Below the pieces are notes generated by a model. The model was not told the DNA's origin. It searched no databases and saw only the letters and a list, made by a program, of their open reading frames with translations. From Paramoeba atlantica (lineage: Eukaryota; Protista; Discosea), in the NCBI GenBank assembly GCA_977017575.1, contig CDRNVI010000009.1, positions 620,001-684,000 of the forward strand: a DNA stretch of 64,000 bases. Reading direction: 5' to 3'. Made by a program: the position numbers and the translations under genes. Below, in pieces: positions 59,701 to 64,000 of this stretch (positions are counted from its first letter, which is position 1; every line of letters begins with the position of its first letter).

Positions 59701-62700
59701 CATATTTCACAGTCGTAATCCCTGGGTTCTGAGCGTTTTAAACGTTTTAGCCGAGCTGTATCAGCTACCAGATCTTCGTCTAACACTGCGCTTCGAAATT
59801 GAAGTTTTATGCAACAGAATTAAGACCACGGTTCAGGCCTTAGTAGAGCGAAGCAAGACACATTCTCCGGACTTTCGCTCAAAGATTTCCATGATTTACA
59901 AGAATCTAGATTTATCGAACTCAGTTGACTTCCATGCTGCCTCGGGTGCACGCATACGCAGTTCCTCTTCTGATGAATCATACGAGATGCGTGCTGATGG
60001 AACAGAAGCCCCCTCAAACGTGATAGACCCGAATGTGGGTAGTCTCGCAGCGATGCAGAACTCGCCAGCTATCGCGCAGAATATTTCCACGGCTCACTCG
60101 ACAGGCATTACCAATCGAGCGGAATATGCAGCCCCGGCCTTAGCCGCCTCTCAAGGTCCCACCACTCGCCCCTTTGGGACTGCCAAAGTAGTCCCCTTGG
60201 CACCAGGACCGAAACACACCCACATTGATCCCGGAAAATTTCACTTGCCTATGTATCGTGCCTCGACAAAGTCATTAGCGTTGAAACCTGGTGTGGATAC
60301 CATGATTCATCAAACCCTTGAAAACACGTTCCGTGAAGTCATCCATCCCATCCTCGAGAAAACCCTGACCGTAATTGGTCACACCACTCGTGAAGTAACG
60401 TCAAAAGATTTTCAACGTGACCCAGACGACGGCTCACTACGACGGTATGCTCAGTTAATGGCGAGACATCTCACATGCAGCCTCGGTTTAGTCTCCTGTA
60501 GAGAACCCTTTCTAGCAGCAGCACGTAAAAACCTCTTCGCCCTCCTAACGCAAAACTTTCCACGTGAGTCGAATTCAACAGTGTGTGAGTTAGTGGATAG
60601 TATCCTTTCAGAAAACATACAAGGTTGCATGGAGGTCGTGCAAGAAATAGCGACGGAAAGTGCGAGCTCACTAACAGAGACCATCATGCGTCCAGTATTT
60701 GAGAAAAGAAGAATGCAGAAAGCATCCGGTACGTTTCCGGAGCAGCAAGTACTTGAAGAGCGCTCGATGCGATGCATAACTACTCTCCCGGACGTTCTTT
60801 GCCCGCGTGAAGGATTGCAAGGTCTTCATAAACGTGTCTATGACGGGTTCGGTAGGATAGACTCTAGTAAGATTATTACATCCCAAATATCATCAAGCGT
60901 GGATCAACTGAACAATCTCACGTCAGACATTGAAGCTGAAGCGATCAAACACTATCTACAACAGCCTGACTGTCACCTTGGCTTAACGCATCAAAATTTT
61001 GCTTCCAGCACACTTAGCCCACAACACAAGCGTATTAAACAATGGCTTTGCCGCATTCCGTCTATGATATCCGCGTCCAGCGCTCTTCAAGTCACGCGGC
61101 ATGTATTTCAGAAAATTGTAGCTTTAGGGGGCGCCTTGCCGAAGAATGCTGACCCCGCACAAAGCCGCGCTCTACAGCTCATCTCGGAAACGTATTTACT
61201 CATTTTGCAATCTGCACGAGATAAGGACCCCAAGGTAGTGGAAGAACTTACATATCTGCTCTTAAAACACGAAAAACTTTGGTCGTTGAAAGAAATTACG
61301 GTAAGTTTTATCCGTTTGCGACTTATTAACATTGAAGAGCTTGATCGTCACCTAACTCGGACATTGAACGCCTCATCGGATCTCTCACGGGGCAGAAGCG
61401 TCGTCGAATTTACGGGCACCATTGTTCAACGTTGCTTGGTCGACGAAAAACTGGCGTCGCAGAAAAATTTGAAATCAACGTTGGAAGCTTTGGAAAAGAT
61501 TGCTCAAATGGCTCGAGAGAAAACAGGACCTGCTGCGGAACAAATGAAAACTAAGGAAAAGATGCATGAGTCTTCAAAGTTGTCGCGCGACATGAATGAT
61601 CAAACAGGTGATAGTTATGGTTCCAAACGTCGTGTTCGCATTCCGTCTGGTGTGCGTGATCCGGAATTTCGACACAAATGTCGTACATATTTTCGTGAAT
61701 GGATGCACATATGCGCCAAAAAGGCTCTTCTTTCTACCGGTGCATCAAGCGAAGAAGGGTCAAGCCCACAGCCGACGCCCCAGCAACAGGCAATGACATT
61801 TGTCGGAAAATTGCAACGAAACGGGATGCTAAAAGCGGACTATCGGCTAGAGGCGTTCCTGACTGTATTGCTCGAATATTGTGTTGAAAACTGTCTCACG
61901 ACTCTGTGTTACTCAGCGCGCACGGATTCTGAGAACCAAGATGGGAAGAACGGTGGAGTATCGGACTCAATGCCTTCGAATAAAGAATTCACTAACAAAG
62001 CATACATGAGCATTGATGCTTATACGGACCTCATCGTCCTGCTCATAAAATGTTGTGGTTGGGGCGCTCAAACGACAGAAAAAGATTTGTCAACTGTGGA
62101 CCAAAAGGTTGCAGAGTCAACCGGCGAAACTGAAAAGCCTGACAGCGCCCGAATGCAATGCCTGCAAGCAGAAGTAGCTCTTGTGAGTCGTACTCTCGAC
62201 GCGATTCAGAAAGTTTTATTGCGAAACCACAGCTACTTCGCTTCCAGAAGCTCGTCTCGAGATATTCCTGAAATGAGTTCTGCGCACGAGATGCAGCAAG
62301 AGTTTCAACAGCAACCCTATTTTCGCATGCTGTCAAACCTATTCATTGTTCTGTTCACTCAAAGTGCGACCTCTCGAACCGACGAGTTTCGATCCTCTAC
62401 AGTACAAAGGTACTTAAATGCAACAGTTGACACCTTGGTGAACCTTTCGCCACAAAGAGTTCCCGGGTTTGCGTTCGGATGGCTCGAGCTTGTATCTCAT
62501 CGGTGCTTCTTGCCCAAGCTGCTCAGCGTGTCTCAGAAAGGTGTTTCGGAAACTGTCGTGCGCAGCTCTCGCGATCGATGCACGACGTTGCTCCGCGAGG
62601 CTTTGACGTTTCTCAGCACAATGTCTCCCGTCCTACAAGATGGTACCATTTCCAATGGGTTTCGCCTTTTCCACAAGGCACTGCTTCGTACTCTTCTCAT

Positions 62701-63595
62701 TCTCCTGCACGATTTTCCAAACTACATGTACACCTGTGGTGTTGCGCTGGCGGAGGTCATACCCAACGAGTGCATCCAACTCCGAAACATTCCTTTGGCT
62801 GCGTTTCCTCGGACGCTTAAGCTGCCCGATCCCTTCACCGTGAAGCTTTTTGCTGACCAGGAACTTCCAGAAATGCGAACGTTACTCCCCTTTCCAGCAC
62901 ACTACGGCACTCTGTTGCAATCCTCCAAGTCCGAGGCCTTGAATGTCACACTCTCTACCGAAATACAGAAATTCATTACCGAGAAACAGCCTGAGAATCT
63001 CCCACAGAAGTTAGCGCTGCTTTTTCGTGAGCACATGGGCGGTGAGTACGGGGCCCATCCCCAGTCCCGCTCCTTCCTCCCCGAGGCTGTGATTTCACGT
63101 CTCGTGCACCACGTGGCTGAGGTTTTCGTTCACGTCGCTCAAAACAAGGAGGAGGCTAGCCGCCGGTTAACCTTGTCCAGCGCAATCCAGAATGCAGTAG
63201 TGCTACTGGCCTCGGTGACATCCCGAATGGTCGCCTATGAGCGCTATGGTGTGTTCTGTGCTCTGGCCAACCACCTGCGGTATCCCTGTTCCCAGACCTA
63301 TGTGGCCTCCCGGCTAATTTTAAGTTTATATGAAAATTCTAGTCCTGTTTTGGCGAAGGAAAAAAATTCAGATGCCTTGCTGTACCGCGAGCAGCTCACC
63401 CGGGTGTTGCTGGAACGGGTCCTGGTGCACCGTCCCCATCCCTGGGGTCTGCTGGTGACGTTTGTAGAGCTCACAGGAAATCGTGCACAGTATGAGTTTT
63501 GGACCCAGCCCGCGCTACAGGCGATTCCAGAGATGGTGAAGTTACTGGATGCTGTGGGACGTAGAACGGGCACCGCGGCGAAGCGATCGACATAA
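56759..63595 (+). CDS. CNOT1: CCR4-NOT complex scaffold subunit NOT1
   Basis: DRVAFLFNNL, KRIKLEPNYH, ERTILKNLGAWIGLLTLARDKPI, VPFVAKIL, NPWV..VL..LAELY, FAFGWLELVSHR, LANHLRYPCSQT, RPHPWGLLVTFVEL. Confidence 0.95.
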   Translation: MSLSTTVFKHVRRKILEIAELNTDLEEKLQVFSEEFNDDENSFGGDVQRSILHILLSETQDFISKTTAEDKEKFMLHALRASFAALDHDSTSILTELSWSIEALRYCVANAEFSVQLSALLKFIHHENEALRRESYVLLQELVAPKFLDSKWSQAPKKLRLSFETLIQDGTDECPEFLSLKDATMPVLKTESESPQAMQIPVPRLDGLLQELGPPLLQHRDLLMSYLATLPQSSLTEKQLASVIGLIINPYEIPSNASLSMLSERLESLSLLTGSQLSNDKANNTTHSSDAWDLKAFCEIFLPHISHLSPQKVLSSLDYVGFFPSSNRAILNLIKLYQILFNESFLPVDPFLNLWENTEGQLKCITYLLRCPPTVVKYPEGADVPHCDQRVLKALLRLGASAKQYREVLDLLQDPICSHAQDLLRTVQLVFNEPIESAQYYEFGCECTYLLLTHLRSSNDETSAEENKLLMEVNPTLISDAIINACEKDKPRFEYYAEDVDFCGTKVMTSFLDNATFVPAVNAVIKLCHPYFHETPWSSFRKWISSVLHNQTPVKFSAPDLCASIVQNLDDFVLEFRDRIAHGNQKSSESPTCATDWGSKINLMNSLLCGLRSAPIPVLLSKALTLISEELSPLMGSTENDQPVSKTKSIIDDLRDKGHDESAAKLVKERLLEHYVTVDETVSLLEEHAKHSSAEDCHFVLHFSEVLLSDTRRCKAWTPSQRSQVAKILGILVVDNLLPISGGSAGLGAILKFVLQGIVRPSSKEVQELSISVLDAFKHRLSEWPQYCLHLLPAVPEIVKSIPDITQYLGENALKSLSGEDVPPPRELQDRVAFLFNNLDTHNIEMFSKELSEKITPPTYRFFADYLINKRIKLEPNYHRNYVRVLERMNRHSFDTILLHLSYASVCQYIDSEKIRLVSNERTILKNLGAWIGLLTLARDKPILAKDLHIQELLLQTMRDGKLIASVPFVAKILDSVPLSRIFHSRNPWVLSVLNVLAELYQLPDLRLTLRFEIEVLCNRIKTTVQALVERSKTHSPDFRSKISMIYKNLDLSNSVDFHAASGARIRSSSSDESYEMRADGTEAPSNVIDPNVGSLAAMQNSPAIAQNISTAHSTGITNRAEYAAPALAASQGPTTRPFGTAKVVPLAPGPKHTHIDPGKFHLPMYRASTKSLALKPGVDTMIHQTLENTFREVIHPILEKTLTVIGHTTREVTSKDFQRDPDDGSLRRYAQLMARHLTCSLGLVSCREPFLAAARKNLFALLTQNFPRESNSTVCELVDSILSENIQGCMEVVQEIATESASSLTETIMRPVFEKRRMQKASGTFPEQQVLEERSMRCITTLPDVLCPREGLQGLHKRVYDGFGRIDSSKIITSQISSSVDQLNNLTSDIEAEAIKHYLQQPDCHLGLTHQNFASSTLSPQHKRIKQWLCRIPSMISASSALQVTRHVFQKIVALGGALPKNADPAQSRALQLISETYLLILQSARDKDPKVVEELTYLLLKHEKLWSLKEITVSFIRLRLINIEELDRHLTRTLNASSDLSRGRSVVEFTGTIVQRCLVDEKLASQKNLKSTLEALEKIAQMAREKTGPAAEQMKTKEKMHESSKLSRDMNDQTGDSYGSKRRVRIPSGVRDPEFRHKCRTYFREWMHICAKKALLSTGASSEEGSSPQPTPQQQAMTFVGKLQRNGMLKADYRLEAFLTVLLEYCVENCLTTLCYSARTDSENQDGKNGGVSDSMPSNKEFTNKAYMSIDAYTDLIVLLIKCCGWGAQTTEKDLSTVDQKVAESTGETEKPDSARMQCLQAEVALVSRTLDAIQKVLLRNHSYFASRSSSRDIPEMSSAHEMQQEFQQQPYFRMLSNLFIVLFTQSATSRTDEFRSSTVQRYLNATVDTLVNLSPQRVPGFAFGWLELVSHRCFLPKLLSVSQKGVSETVVRSSRDRCTTLLREALTFLSTMSPVLQDGTISNGFRLFHKALLRTLLILLHDFPNYMYTCGVALAEVIPNECIQLRNIPLAAFPRTLKLPDPFTVKLFADQELPEMRTLLPFPAHYGTLLQSSKSEALNVTLSTEIQKFITEKQPENLPQKLALLFREHMGGEYGAHPQSRSFLPEAVISRLVHHVAEVFVHVAQNKEEASRRLTLSSAIQNAVVLLASVTSRMVAYERYGVFCALANHLRYPCSQTYVASRLILSLYENSSPVLAKEKNSDALLYREQLTRVLLERVLVHRPHPWGLLVTFVELTGNRAQYEFWTQPALQAIPEMVKLLDAVGRRTGTAAKRST

Positions 63596-64000
63596 AAAAT
63601 CTGGCACGAAGCGTCAGGATCATGAATATGAAAGTGGACGTGCGCATTTCTAGCTTTCAAAAGGGAAAAAATATTTTATGAGCGGCATGGAACCATTTCG
63701 CTTTGTGCGGAGCTGAGCAAAGAATCGCCCTATGTTACCCTGTCATGTGTAGGCTTACAGGTACTTCAAAGGGTTCTATCACTATTTTACTACAGACCTT
63801 TATTTCTGTTATTGATAGATTACGTTGACCATATTGTATTTGTGTTGAGTTCTTTTTAATAGATTTGTTAACAGGACGAAAAAGCGAGCATTAAATGAGA
63901 AATCGACCTCAATGCCTCTGTACAAATTCTATCCAAGTCTCCACACACAATACAGCAACGTCGTTTTTTGAGCATTAGAAAGTTTTCTTATGTGTGTATA

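Noticed and set aside
12091-63660. Numerous antisense and alternate-frame ORFs (e.g. 12091-12795, 19700-21034, 37922-38515, 48441-49148)
   Set aside because: They overlap well-supported genes, are low-complexity and arise from the strong C/G skew

Overview
Eukaryotic, intron-less DNA that looks like a kinetoplastid, most resembling a Perkinsela-type prokinetoplastid. This is inference from one unidirectional + strand gene cluster at 12.1-63.6 kb, a kinetoplastid-style RPS28 insertion, a PSP1-domain protein, a recurrent short LRR family and a spliced-leader (SL)-like exon. The first ~12 kb is a nested mobile-element zone. It holds a PIF/Harbinger element (TAA TSD, 14-bp TIRs) carrying a complete Merlin element (9-bp TSD, TIRs built from 19-bp arrays), a hAT remnant, foldback MITEs and a CRE-clade (SLACS/CZAR-like) RT-RLE retrotransposon. 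The most striking content is catalytic RNA. A canonical HDV-like ribozyme (8048-8120) lies upstream of the CRE RT. Two twister ribozymes (minus strand, 11542-11471 and 9992-9913) flank a 1550-nt structured unit containing an SL-like exon and a zinc-knuckle gag remnant. Housekeeping genes follow: a mitochondrial helical-repeat protein, DNAJC21, PSP1, RPS28, ABCB1, transportin, Nup85-like, two PABPN1-like RRM genes, kelch, LRRs, Rpp21-like, RPL27, CnoX-like, DUF866, T7-type mitochondrial RNA polymerase, RPL37, REEP/HVA22, cullin and NOT1. They are interspersed with further TE relics. All calls come from motif recognition by eye; no database search was run.
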